DNA of 64,000 nucleotides from Planctomycetota bacterium (GCA_044222185.1 JBGANV010000007.1:192001-256000); one strand, 5' to 3'; counted from the first letter of the stretch, positions 48,396 to 58,510 are shown. Notes: generated by a model not told the origin, from the letters alone. Numbers and translations: made by a program.

Positions 48396-49607
48396 TCAGC
48401 CTCGGATCCACTTCGTGACCGGCTGGGCGAGGAATTGATCGAGCGGAACCCCCTCGCTTCCGACCTGGAGGGCGCGCGTGGTCTTGAACGCTGCGCGGAA
48501 TGCCGCGGTTCCACGGTGCGAACGCAGGGGGCGGCGGCTCTTCACTTCGATGGCGACCACCCGCGGCCCGGCCTTCGCGATGAAGTCGACTTCGTCGTTG
48601 CCGTCGCGCCAGTAGAAGAGTTCGATGTCGCCCGAGGCTGCGGCATTCGCGAGATGGGCTCCTACGGCCGATTCCACGAGGTGACCCCAGAACTCGTGAT
48701 CAGCGCGCGCCTCCTGAAATTGCAGGTGCGAGGCGGCCGTCACGAGGGCTGTGTTGTACACCTGAAGCTTGGGGCTCGAGGCCCGCTGCCGGGCCGCATC
48801 GCCGGCGTACTTGTGCAGACCACAGACCATCCCGGCGGCGGAGAGCAGCTCCAGGTAATGGGCGAGGGTCGTGGTGTTGCCGGCGTCGACGAGTTGGCCC
48901 AGCATCTTCGTGTACGAGAGGATCTGGCCCGAATATCGACAGGCAAGGTCGAGCAGGCGCCGCAGCAAGGCCGGCTTGTCCACGCGAGTCAGAAGCAGGA
49001 CGTCGCGCGCGACGGAGGTCTCGATCAGCGAATCGGCGATGTACCGCGCCCAGCGCGCCGGTTCGCGAATGAGCGGGGCGGCCCCCGGGTAGCCGCCGAA
49101 GAACACGTACTCATCCAAGGACCACCCGAAAGCTGCGGCCATCTCACTGAACGACCAGTGCGGGAAATGGACGAGTTCGAACCGGCCCGCCAGGCTCTCG
49201 CTGAGTCCGCTCGCGATGAGGAGGGGCGCCGAACCGAGCAGGACGACCTTGATCCGTCGCCCCTCGCGCGTGTCTTCATCCCAAAGGCGCTTCGTCGTCT
49301 CGGACCAACCGGGCACTTTCTGGATCTCATCGAGGACGAGGATCGACATCTTGCGGGGGGCATCGGCGGCTTGCGCTCTTGCGGCCTCCCATTGCGTCGA
49401 AATCCAATCCGCACCGCGGAGTGTCGGTTCATCGGCGCTGGCGAACCGGGCTGGGAGGCGGCTTGCACGGACGACGGACTGCACCGCGGTCGTCTTGCCG
49501 ACCTGTCGCGGCCCGACGACGGCCTGGATGAACCGACGGGGTTCGCGGAGGCGTTTCGCCAGAATGCTGGCGTACGGTCGCTGGAAATCGGCGGATCGTT
49601 TACTCAT
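48396..49607 (-). CDS. AAA_14 ATPase with a DUF4143 / PD-(D/E)xK-like C-terminus
   Basis: GPRQVGKTT, LDEIQ, LLGS, ESLAGR, GGYP, ESAV and YWRD...EVDF...IEVK motifs. Confidence 0.92.
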   Translation of the reverse strand: MSKRSADFQRPYASILAKRLREPRRFIQAVVGPRQVGKTTAVQSVVRASRLPARFASADEPTLRGADWISTQWEAARAQAADAPRKMSILVLDEIQKVPGWSETTKRLWDEDTREGRRIKVVLLGSAPLLIASGLSESLAGRFELVHFPHWSFSEMAAAFGWSLDEYVFFGGYPGAAPLIREPARWARYIADSLIETSVARDVLLLTRVDKPALLRRLLDLACRYSGQILSYTKMLGQLVDAGNTTTLAHYLELLSAAGMVCGLHKYAGDAARQRASSPKLQVYNTALVTAASHLQFQEARADHEFWGHLVESAVGAHLANAAASGDIELFYWRDGNDEVDFIAKAGPRVVAIEVKSRRPLRSHRGTAAFRAAFKTTRALQVGSEGVPLDQFLAQPVTKWIRG

Positions 49608-49642
49608 TGCGTTGAGTAATTTTACTCAACGTCTTGAGTTGT
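49599..49642. promoter_or_regulatory. Two tandem 22 bp palindromic boxes (ACTCA-N6-TGAGT) overlapping the ATPase start codon
   Basis: tttACTCAttgcgtTGAGTaat followed by tttACTCAacgtctTGAGTtgt. They also form a perfect 10 bp inverted repeat at 49610-49631. Confidence 0.7.
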
Positions 49643-49706
49643 TGGAAGGGACCGGTCTCGAGGCCGCCGGTGCGGACCGGCGGCCGTTCGGATGTCGCCG
49701 CGCTCT

Positions 49707-50768
49707 CTACGGCCTGCGGCGCGCCAGGATGTCGGGGCGCTTGCAGACGGTCGGCCAGTCGGGGATCGCCGTCAGCACCTCACCCGTCGAGAGGATCGTG
49801 TCTTCCGACTTGGTCCCCGCGATCGACGGGTTCCACGCCACGAGCTGGTTCTCGACGACGACGCCCTGCGTCGACGGCGTGACGCAGAAGTCGCGGCACT
49901 CGTACCCCAGCGGACCCCCCTGGTGGTGGAGACGCCACTCGGCGCCGAATCCCTCGGTGCGATAGATGCGCATGCCGACGGAGAGGATCTCGGACCACTT
50001 GGCGCCGGGCTTCGTCGCACCGATGAGCGTGGAGTCGACGGCGCACACGGCCTCGTGCTTGCGCTTCAGCGCGGCCGGCAGCTTGCCGAAGAACACGAGC
50101 CGTGTCATCGCCACGATCAACCCATGACGCTGGGCGCAGACGACCAGCATCAGCATGCGGTCCACCTTGTTCTGGGTGGGAATCGGATGGCGGAACTTCA
50201 CGATGCGATCGTCGGCGGCGACGAGCAAGACGGGCGCGTGGATGGCACGCGCGCGGAGCTTGGCGGAGAAGCTGGCCGCGACTTCGTGCTCGGTCAGTCC
50301 AGGCTTCAGCTCCTTGAGCTCTTTCTCCATCAGCTCGGCGCAGTCCCGGCCGAGTGCGCGCGCCCGTTCGATCTCCAGCGGCGTCAACGAAGCGCGGAGC
50401 GCGGTGATGGCGGCAGAGTCGTCGAGCCCGGGTCGGGTCTTGCTGGGCTTGCGGTCGACGTCCGGAAAGTCCGTCGCGTACTCGTGCGGCTGTGGCTTTC
50501 GGTCGTGCCACCATTCGGCGGCTTCGAACGTCCAGCCGTCCTTGAACTCCTCCGCTTCGAGCCGCGGCGCCTCGATCACGTTGGTGATGACGACGCGCTT
50601 GCGTGGAGTCCACAACACGGACGCGATTCCGGTCGCCTGGGTCGTGTCGCAGTGGACGTCGGCTCCGTCCGCGATCCACGCGATGTTCGACCGTCGCCGC
50701 AGGAGAACGCCGTCGACACCGAGGTCTCGGCACAACTTGCGAAGTCTCTTCTCCTTCTCGACGTCCAT
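49707..50768 (-). CDS. M24 (Xaa-Pro peptidase fold) protein with a degenerate metal site
   Basis: Creatinase-like N-terminus, TEHEVAA, FRHPIPT, HHQGGPLGY, WNPS and KSEDT motifs. Confidence 0.8.
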   Translation of the reverse strand: MDVEKEKRLRKLCRDLGVDGVLLRRRSNIAWIADGADVHCDTTQATGIASVLWTPRKRVVITNVIEAPRLEAEEFKDGWTFEAAEWWHDRKPQPHEYATDFPDVDRKPSKTRPGLDDSAAITALRASLTPLEIERARALGRDCAELMEKELKELKPGLTEHEVAASFSAKLRARAIHAPVLLVAADDRIVKFRHPIPTQNKVDRMLMLVVCAQRHGLIVAMTRLVFFGKLPAALKRKHEAVCAVDSTLIGATKPGAKWSEILSVGMRIYRTEGFGAEWRLHHQGGPLGYECRDFCVTPSTQGVVVENQLVAWNPSIAGTKSEDTILSTGEVLTAIPDWPTVCKRPDILARRRP

Positions 50769-50775
50769 GCTCACC

Positions 50776-52113
50776 TCAGACGAGCGACCGCGCGGCGGAA
50801 TAGAGCCGGCGAAAGCGCTCGTATTCCGCATCGTAGCTGCGCCGAGGCTGCGTGACTTCGGTCTCCTTCACGAGCCGGTCCGTCGCTTCCTCGATGGAAG
50901 GGAAGATTCCGGCCCCGACCGCGGCCAGGATCGCCGACCCGAAAGCGGCACCTTCGTCACTCGTGTTGACGGAAATCACGGGGACTCCCAGCACATCCGC
51001 CACGATCTGGCGCCACTGCGGGTTCTTCATGCCGCCGCCGGTCACGCGCACCGAATCACCCCCGGCGATCTGGTGCGCGTCGCGGAGGGCGAACGCCGTC
51101 CCTTCGAGAACGGCTCGGATGAAGTGCGATCGGTCGTGGTCCGTGGAAATCCCGGCGAACATCCCCCGGACCGCCGTGTCGGCGTGGGGCGTTCGTTCAC
51201 CGACGAGGTAGGGCGCAAACAGGAGCCCCTTGGATGACTCGGCGATCGGCGCATCTGCGACGGCGACGCCGAAGAGTCGGGCCACCCAGTCGAACGCCCG
51301 GGTGCCCGTCAGCATGCAACCGATCTGGTAGAAGCGATTCGGAACGGCGTGACTGAACGTGTGGACGCGCATGTCGAAGTCGACGACGGGTCGGTCGTGC
51401 ACGACGACGAGGACGTTCGAGGTGCCCATGCTCACCATGGCTTGCCCGTTGCGCACGACACCGATGCCGACGGCCGCGGCGGCGTTGTCGGCGGCACCGC
51501 CGACGATGGGGATGCCCTTCCATCGTCCCGCGACCTCGATCGACGTGCAGGGGGGAGGAAAGAGGTCCCGGGCCAGTCCGACCTTCGCGATGACCGTGTC
51601 GGACCAGGCGCCCCGCCCGACGTCCCAGCAGAGCGTGCTCGCGGCGTCGCTGATCTCCTGGCGCATCTCACCCGTCAGACGCCAGCGGACGTAGTCCTTG
51701 CAGATGAGGATCGGGCCGAGTGACTTCCGCCACAGGAGGTGGGGTAGCGTGAAACCGGCGAACGGTCGATTCGCGACGGTCGTACGCAACGTGTCGAGGC
51801 CCACGCGCTGGACGATCTCATCGCACTCGGCCTCGGCTCGACCGTCACACCAAAGGATGGCGCGATCACCCGTGCCGACGCACACCTCCGAGTGCATCAT
51901 TCCGTCGAGCCCGATGGCGTCCGCTGGCCCGAGTTCCTCCAGGATCGCGAGCGTCGCCGCAACCCAGTCCTCCGGGTCCTGTTCGGCATGGACGCCCTCG
52001 CCGTACAGCGGATAGGAGCGCCGCGCCGATTTCAGGATCCGCCCGTCGGGGAACGAGACGAGCACGCCCTTCGCACCGGAAGTTCCCAGATCGATGCCGA
52101 TCGTCTTCGACAT
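50776..52113 (-). CDS. xylB: FGGY carbohydrate kinase, xylulokinase-like
   Basis: IGIDLGTSGAK, EQDPEDW, GMMHS, ILWCDGR, SDAAST, PYLVGERTPH, RAVLEG and TGGG motifs. Confidence 0.85.
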   Translation of the reverse strand: MSKTIGIDLGTSGAKGVLVSFPDGRILKSARRSYPLYGEGVHAEQDPEDWVAATLAILEELGPADAIGLDGMMHSEVCVGTGDRAILWCDGRAEAECDEIVQRVGLDTLRTTVANRPFAGFTLPHLLWRKSLGPILICKDYVRWRLTGEMRQEISDAASTLCWDVGRGAWSDTVIAKVGLARDLFPPPCTSIEVAGRWKGIPIVGGAADNAAAAVGIGVVRNGQAMVSMGTSNVLVVVHDRPVVDFDMRVHTFSHAVPNRFYQIGCMLTGTRAFDWVARLFGVAVADAPIAESSKGLLFAPYLVGERTPHADTAVRGMFAGISTDHDRSHFIRAVLEGTAFALRDAHQIAGGDSVRVTGGGMKNPQWRQIVADVLGVPVISVNTSDEGAAFGSAILAAVGAGIFPSIEEATDRLVKETEVTQPRRSYDAEYERFRRLYSAARSLV

Positions 52114-52125
52114 GCGAGCACTTTC

Positions 52126-53949
52126 TCAGAGCTCGTGGATCACGCCAGAGCAGCGGGGGACGTCGACGTGAATCACGCGGTGGTCGACTTCGATCTTCGC
52201 GGTGACCGGTGCGCCGGGATTCGTCACGATCAGCGCGGTGCCCCGCCGGCTCACCTGGACGCCGGCCGTGAGCGAGAGCGCAGGGATCGTCATGCGATGA
52301 AATCGGTGGACCGCGAGGATCGCATCCCGGTTCGGGCGGCATCCCAGCACGAGCAATGAGCCTTGGCCCCGTCGCTCGAAGTAGCCCGTGACGTACCGCC
52401 GCCCCACGGCGACGTGCATGAGTCGCTCCATGTCGGCGTCGGTTCTCCACGCGAGCTGCGTGGCGACGACGGGGGACCCGGGGGGCGAGCGATGGTCGAA
52501 GACGGGGCCGTTCGCGATGAACGCCTCGGTCGAGCCGGGTAGCACGACCTTCAGGTTCTCGGCGCCCGGGTGGCTCGTTCCATCCGGCGTCGCGCACCCG
52601 GCCGGAAGTCGTTGGAACGCGACGACGTGCCCGCCAGCTTCCGCGTACCGCCAGAGGTGGGACGCGTCCGCGAGCTCTCCAGCGACGAACAGCAACGGTG
52701 GCGCGCTGCCACCGATCGGTTCATCCACATCCACGAAGTCGTATTCGACGCCCATCTCCTGGAGCGTTTCGAAGAGGGGGTCGTCCGCGGGGCGCTTCTC
52801 GATCTGCGCGACCTGGTGCCAGTGCCAGGACCACGTCACACCAAACGAGACTTGGGGCGGCGGCGCGTCGCGGAGTTCGCGGAACGCTGCCGAGGCCTCG
52901 CGGAACGCGTCACCGAGTTCGGGGTGGATCACGCCGCGCTCGTTGATCGGCGCGCCGGTCCAGTTGTCGCGGTTCGCGAGCATGTACCAGTTCCACCCGC
53001 GCACGCCGCTCTGCAGCGCCGTCATCGCCGTCAAGCGGTAATGGTCAGGCGAATACTCGGGGGGCGCGCCGTGCCACACTCCCGCGCCGAACTCGGCGAT
53101 GTAGGGGAAGTCGGTGACGCACCGGAGCAGCCGGAGGCGCTCGCGGAAGTAGCGCAGGTCCGTGCGACACTCGTTCGAGGGGTACGGGTCGATGCCGTAG
53201 AAGTCGGCGATCGATGCGAGGTCCCGCCAGTGCTGTGCGTCGACGCCCGGCCACGTGTTCAGGAGGATGGGCACCGTGCAGCCATTCGCGCGGAATGCCT
53301 CGACGACCCAGCGCGCATAGTCCGTGGCGAGGTCGTAGCGGTACCGGCAACCGTCGCGCAGGCGTGGATCGTCGCGAAGCGGTCCGATGGGAGCGAGCGC
53401 GGGGATCGCCTCGGCGAACGCGGCGTAGTTCGTGTTCCATGCGGCGTTCATCGCTGCCGGTGTCCCGTACCTCCGCTCGAGCCATGCGGCGAACCCCTGG
53501 TCTTCGCCGTAGATGTACGGCATGGGGTCGATCTCGTTGTCGGCCTGGACGGCGACGATGAGCGAGCCGAGGTGTGGCCGCAGGACTTCCATGACGGCGT
53601 CGATCCACGCGGCGGCCTTGCGGCGGAACTCGGGATGGTGCTTGCCGAACGGGACCGCGTGATCGGGGATGCCCAGGTTGCGCCACTCGGCGTAGAAGAA
53701 CGGCCCCGGGCGCGCGAGCACGCGAAGTCGTCTCGCACGGATCTCGGCCAGGAACGCCTGGAGGAGCGCGAAGTCGAAGACGCCTTCACGAACCTCGTGC
53801 AGGTCCCACATGACGTACATCCCGATGACCTCGGCACCGAGCGTCCGTGCCGAATCGAGGATTGCGCCCCAGTGCTTCGCCTGAACGCGACCGTAGTGGA
53901 TCTCGCCGCCGACCATGGGCGGGAGCGACGCGACGTTGGCTTTCTTCAT
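52126..53949 (-). CDS. Glycoside hydrolase family 35 (beta-galactosidase-like)
   Basis: GGEIHY, YVMWDLHE..EGVFDF, RPGPF..AEW..LGIP, QADNE and AEFGAG motifs. Confidence 0.85.
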   Translation of the reverse strand: MKKANVASLPPMVGGEIHYGRVQAKHWGAILDSARTLGAEVIGMYVMWDLHEVREGVFDFALLQAFLAEIRARRLRVLARPGPFFYAEWRNLGIPDHAVPFGKHHPEFRRKAAAWIDAVMEVLRPHLGSLIVAVQADNEIDPMPYIYGEDQGFAAWLERRYGTPAAMNAAWNTNYAAFAEAIPALAPIGPLRDDPRLRDGCRYRYDLATDYARWVVEAFRANGCTVPILLNTWPGVDAQHWRDLASIADFYGIDPYPSNECRTDLRYFRERLRLLRCVTDFPYIAEFGAGVWHGAPPEYSPDHYRLTAMTALQSGVRGWNWYMLANRDNWTGAPINERGVIHPELGDAFREASAAFRELRDAPPPQVSFGVTWSWHWHQVAQIEKRPADDPLFETLQEMGVEYDFVDVDEPIGGSAPPLLFVAGELADASHLWRYAEAGGHVVAFQRLPAGCATPDGTSHPGAENLKVVLPGSTEAFIANGPVFDHRSPPGSPVVATQLAWRTDADMERLMHVAVGRRYVTGYFERRGQGSLLVLGCRPNRDAILAVHRFHRMTIPALSLTAGVQVSRRGTALIVTNPGAPVTAKIEVDHRVIHVDVPRCSGVIHEL

Positions 53950-54457
53950 GGGGTTTCCGCGCGGCGCGTTCTACGCGAGGGGCACGGAAGCGAAAGCGGG
54001 GTGCCGGAGAAGACGGGGCGTGAAAAAAGTCGCGCCTGGCCGTCGGTCGCATGATCTGCACGACATCATGGTCGTGCTGCGAGACGTCGGATGCGCCGGG
54101 TGCCGGAGCTGCTTCACGGTCGTCGCGGGCGTGTTGGACGGGCCAGGAGGGCGCGTCGCGCAAATCGGGGCAAGGGCTCCGACCGTCCGCGGATCGAACG
54201 GTGACGTGTCATACGTGTCAGGCTCGGACCGGGCGCATGGTCGACGTCACTTCGCGTGATCGGCCACCGGCAAGGCCGGCAGTCGCGGCGACGGCCAAGC
54301 GCACGGCAGGATTCTAATCGCGTTCATCGCGTGACGCGAAAAAAAACTCGGGTGGATCTGTGCGAAGGCGAGGCGAACGAGGCTCAGCTCGAACTGGCGT
54401 CGGCAAACTACGCATCGCGCGGTCGACAACGTGCGCACCTGTGCGGAGAATGCCGCC

Positions 54458-56113
54458 ATGCTCAAGACCTTCACGGCATCGATGGTTGCGTTCCTGTGCC
54501 TCGTCGGCGATCTGCTCGGGCAGCAAGAACGCCCGACTGACGCACTTCTTACACGCGAGATGATCGCGGCGCCGCTGCGGTTCCTCTCCCACGATCTGCT
54601 CGAAGGCCGAGGCGTCGCCAGCCGCGGCGACGAGTTGGCGCGGCTCTACATCGCGACGCAGCTCGAGTCGTGGGGCTATCAGCCAGGCGCGGGCTCGGAT
54701 TTCGTCGTGGCCGCCAGCGGCGCGCAGGCGGACCTCGGATACGTGCAGCCCGTGCCGATCATCGGGATCACGTCCGTGATCGATGCCGGCCTCACGGCGA
54801 ATGGTCCCAACGGCAAGCTCGAGTTCGCCGCGCCCTCGGACTACACGGGGTACGCGTGGCAGCCGAAGGCGGTCACTTCCTGGAGTGACGCCGAACTCGT
54901 TTTCGTCGGGTACGGCATCACCGCGCCCGAGCAGAAATGGGACGATTTCAAGGACGTGGACGTGAAGGGGAAGGTCCTGGTCGTGATGAACAACGACCCG
55001 TCGTCGGACCCCGCGCTCTTCGCGGGCAAGACGCGCCTCTACTACGGTCGCTGGTCGTATAAATACGAGGAAGCGTCCCGCCGCGGCGCCCTCGGCGCGA
55101 TCATCATCCACACGGAGCCCTCCGCGGGGTATCCGTTCCAGGTGATCCAGTCGAAGCACGGCACGGAGTACTTCTGGCTGCCGTTCGAGAAGGACGAGTC
55201 GCTCCAGATCGCGGCGTGGATGGCGGACGATGCCGTCAAACGCATGGTGCAGCTCGCGGGTCACGATCTGGACGCCCTGCGCGCGAAGGCCGAGTCGCGC
55301 GACTTCCGTCCCGTGCCGCTCGGGATCAAGGCGACGTTGGGACTCAAGAACGCCGTGCGTGAACTGCGATCCGGGAACGTCGTCGCACAGATGACGGGGA
55401 GCGATCCCAAGCTCAAGGACGAATACGTCGTCGTCACTGCGCACCACGACCATCTGGGGCTCGGGCCGAAGAAGAACAACGACGCGATCTACAACGGCGC
55501 GCTCGACAACGCGTCGGGGTGCTCCATGATGCTCGCCCTGGCGCGAGCCATGACCACACCGACGCTGCGTCCCAAGCGGTCGATCATTTTCGCGTCGGTG
55601 ACGGGGGAGGAGTCCGGCCTCCTCGGTTCGGATTACTTCGCGCGGCATCCCACGGTTCCCGTCAAGCAGATCGTCGCCAATCTGAACATCGACGGGATCA
55701 ACATCTGGGGGCGGACGAAGGATCTTCAACTCGTCGGGTACGGGAAGAGCAGCCTCGCGAAGGTCGCGGCCGAGGTGGCAGCAGCCCGAGGGCGCACGGT
55801 CGTCCCCGACAGCGAGCCCGAGAAGGGGCTCTTCTATCGGTCCGACCATTTCTCGTTGGCGAAGGTCGGGATCCCCTCCGTGTACTTCAAGGCGGGGCAG
55901 GACTTCCTCGAAGATGCGGACGTGAAGCGGCGGGTGCAGCTCGCTTACACGGCAACGCACTATCACCAACCGAGCGATGAGTTCGATCGGAGGTGGCGAT
56001 TGGACGGCGCCGTCGAGGACGCGCGACTGATGCTCGATCTGCTCGTCCGCATGGCGAACGATGCGACGGCGCCGGCGTGGACTCCCGGTGACGAGTTCGA
56101 GAAAGCCCGTTGA
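54458..56113 (+). CDS. M28 family metallopeptidase with a PA domain, exported
   Basis: Signal peptide, LEGRG, VFVGYGI, TAHHDHLG, NGALDNASG, GEESGLLGS, RSDH and YHQPSD motifs. Confidence 0.93.
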   Translation: MLKTFTASMVAFLCLVGDLLGQQERPTDALLTREMIAAPLRFLSHDLLEGRGVASRGDELARLYIATQLESWGYQPGAGSDFVVAASGAQADLGYVQPVPIIGITSVIDAGLTANGPNGKLEFAAPSDYTGYAWQPKAVTSWSDAELVFVGYGITAPEQKWDDFKDVDVKGKVLVVMNNDPSSDPALFAGKTRLYYGRWSYKYEEASRRGALGAIIIHTEPSAGYPFQVIQSKHGTEYFWLPFEKDESLQIAAWMADDAVKRMVQLAGHDLDALRAKAESRDFRPVPLGIKATLGLKNAVRELRSGNVVAQMTGSDPKLKDEYVVVTAHHDHLGLGPKKNNDAIYNGALDNASGCSMMLALARAMTTPTLRPKRSIIFASVTGEESGLLGSDYFARHPTVPVKQIVANLNIDGINIWGRTKDLQLVGYGKSSLAKVAAEVAAARGRTVVPDSEPEKGLFYRSDHFSLAKVGIPSVYFKAGQDFLEDADVKRRVQLAYTATHYHQPSDEFDRRWRLDGAVEDARLMLDLLVRMANDATAPAWTPGDEFEKAR

Positions 56114-56263
56114 GAAAGGTGCCGAGCGCGGCGATCCCTAAGTCGCTGGCCGATGGGGGGCTGTGCCGTCGGTCGCGGGAAGTCGCCGATCCGCGCATGG
56201 ACAACTCCGCTAATTCGAAACGCGTTCGACCGCCCAGCTTTCTCGAGGTTCGCCGGCAGAACT

Positions 56264-56292
56264 TTGACAAACACGTAGGCCGTCCCTAACTT
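56264..56292 (+). promoter_or_regulatory. Sigma70-type promoter of the lamin-tail protein gene
   Basis: TTGACA-N17-TAACTT, with an AAGGAG RBS before the GTG at 56370. Confidence 0.7.
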
Positions 56293-56369
56293 GCTGGGAC
56301 TTCCGGGCCGCCGAGAGTTCGGTCCGGCTGCTCATCTCCCAGTCAAGGAATCAAGAAAAGGAGTGCCGA

Positions 56370-58133
56370 GTGAAGACCTTCCGTCTCATGTTCTGCATGG
56401 CCGCCTTCGTTGGCGCCATGCTCGCGCAAGGCCCGACGATCGCGACGCACGTCGTGATCAACGAGTTCTCATACGACGATGAGGGCACGGACGATCGCGA
56501 GTTCGTCGAGCTCTACAACCCGCTTGCGACGCCGGTCGACATCTCGGGGTGGGTGCTCCAATCGGTCGATGAGGCGTACCCGACCGACAACAACGCCGAC
56601 TACACCGTTCCGGGCGCACCAGGCAGCAACACCACGGTGATTCCGCCGTTCGGCTACTACACCTTCGGCTCCGGCACGGTCACGCCGGCCGTGAACCAGG
56701 TCGTCGGCGCGACGAACCTCTGGGAGAACGACGCCGAGGCGATGATCCTCCGCGACGGCGCGAACAACATCGTCGACACGGTCACCTACGAAGGGAACAA
56801 GATCGGCCAGGGTCAGTGGGCCACGTTCCCGACGCAGTTCATCGAAGGCCAGGCGATCTGGGGGAACAGCACGTTCAACATCACCCCCACGCCCCAATCC
56901 TGGTCGCGGTGGAACGATGGCTACGACACCGACAACAACGGGAACGACTTCGGCGGCATGGCGATGACGCCGGGTACCTCGAACCACCTCGCCATTCCGA
57001 ATGCTCTGCCGTTCTTCAACAACTTCGATGCGCTCGCACCCGAGACGGCCGTCCCAGGCTTCATCGACTCGTTCGTGAACGCGCGCGCGATCGATCCGAC
57101 CGTGACGTCGGCGACGAACCCGAACGTCATCGCGGCCTCGCCGGCTGGCGGCTACGCCATGACGGTTTACGACCCGACAGGCGGCGGCAACACGGCGACG
57201 TTGAACACGACGCCGGCCCTCGACTTCCGGCTCGAGTGCTACGTCTACGTCTACGCGACGGGCACGGCGCGCATCGCGACCGACCAGGAGTATTGGGGCA
57301 TCGGAGTCCGCGGCACGGTCGACCCGACGTTCTACAACTTCCCGATCATCGGGCAGACGGGCCAGAACAACGCCAGCAGCAACACGGGCATCGCGTGGGA
57401 GTACGCGTACGTGAATAGCCAGGCGACCATGCGCCTCGTCGACGAGAACGACGGTGGTGACGACGAGACCGTGCTCCTCACGATCCCGATCACGGCCGGC
57501 GTGAACGACGGCTGGCAGCGCCTGCGCCTCGAAGTGACCGGCAACCAGATCGACGCGGTCTTCGGCGGCACCTACGGGTCGATCCTCGACGGCACGCGCT
57601 TCACGGGCTTCACGTCGACGAACGGTCTGGGCATGGCGTACCTCGGCTACCGCGAGGCCATCGCGACGAATGCGTTCAACCGCGCCGTCACCGTCGACAA
57701 CCTCAGCGTCATCGTTTCGCCGCTCACGACGGACGTCGATTTCATCAGCGTCGCGACCGGCGGCACGGTGAACTTCGGCCTCCACGGCGGGGCGGCGAAT
57801 GCGGGTCTCGCGTACATCCTCCTCGCCTCGGCGACGGGCGGCACGCCGGGCTTCGTCCTCGATGCGTCCCAGAACTTCACGGTCGTCCCGGTCGTTCCGG
57901 ACGCCGTGACGGACCTGGGCCTCCAGCTTGCGAACGTCAGCCCGCTCTTCGGCAACTTCATCTCGAACCTGGATGCGTCGGGTGAAGGCTCGGCGTTCAG
58001 CGCGCTGCCGCCGCTGCCGAGTGGCCTCGCCGGCCTCACGATTCACTTCGGCTACGTGGTGCTCAGCACGTTCTCGCCGTTCCAGTTGAATGGCTTCTCG
58101 AGCAACTCGCGCGCGATCACGCTCACGCCTTGA
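56370..58133 (+). CDS. Secreted lamin-tail-domain protein with a lectin-like middle and C-terminal beta domain
   Basis: Signal peptide and VVINEF...DREFVELYN...VDISGW (lamin tail domain). Strongly biased codon usage. Confidence 0.85.
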   Translation: MKTFRLMFCMAAFVGAMLAQGPTIATHVVINEFSYDDEGTDDREFVELYNPLATPVDISGWVLQSVDEAYPTDNNADYTVPGAPGSNTTVIPPFGYYTFGSGTVTPAVNQVVGATNLWENDAEAMILRDGANNIVDTVTYEGNKIGQGQWATFPTQFIEGQAIWGNSTFNITPTPQSWSRWNDGYDTDNNGNDFGGMAMTPGTSNHLAIPNALPFFNNFDALAPETAVPGFIDSFVNARAIDPTVTSATNPNVIAASPAGGYAMTVYDPTGGGNTATLNTTPALDFRLECYVYVYATGTARIATDQEYWGIGVRGTVDPTFYNFPIIGQTGQNNASSNTGIAWEYAYVNSQATMRLVDENDGGDDETVLLTIPITAGVNDGWQRLRLEVTGNQIDAVFGGTYGSILDGTRFTGFTSTNGLGMAYLGYREAIATNAFNRAVTVDNLSVIVSPLTTDVDFISVATGGTVNFGLHGGAANAGLAYILLASATGGTPGFVLDASQNFTVVPVVPDAVTDLGLQLANVSPLFGNFISNLDASGEGSAFSALPPLPSGLAGLTIHFGYVVLSTFSPFQLNGFSSNSRAITLTP

Positions 58134-58176
58134 TCGTCGCGTGATGCGACACCTTCTCGGGGTGTCGTGACTGCAT

Positions 58177-58216
58177 GAAAGGCCCGTTGCGGAAACGCAG
58201 CGGGCCTTTCGGCTTT
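58177..58216 (+). terminator. Rho-independent terminator
   Basis: GAAAGGCCCGTTGC-ggaaac-GCAGCGGGCCTTTC followed by ggcttt. Confidence 0.8.
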
Positions 58217-58510
58217 GATGGGGACCGGAGTTCGGCGCGATCCGCCCGTGCCCCAATGGCGAAAAGAAAAACGGCGCACCGGAGGTGTCGCCCGTGCGCA
58301 GCATTTCTCTTCCATCGCTGCCTCACGCCTGCGATCGCGCGCAGGCCGACCACGTCAGCCGCGCGCGCATTCGACGCGACCACAGAACTTCTCATGCGCT
58401 CTCCCGTCGGCGCACCGCGTGCGAGCTTGCCGCGCCCGCGTTTCCCTCCATGATGCCGCGCGACGCCCAGGGTCATGTGGTCGATCACGAACGTGGTCGG
58501 CCGTGGGAGG

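Noticed and set aside
53950-54457. 500 bp divergent intergenic region with short ORFs and a GCACGAC-N6-GTCGTGC hairpin
   Set aside because: I found no convincing ORF, RBS or known RNA motif, and a 7 bp GC-rich stem is expected by chance.
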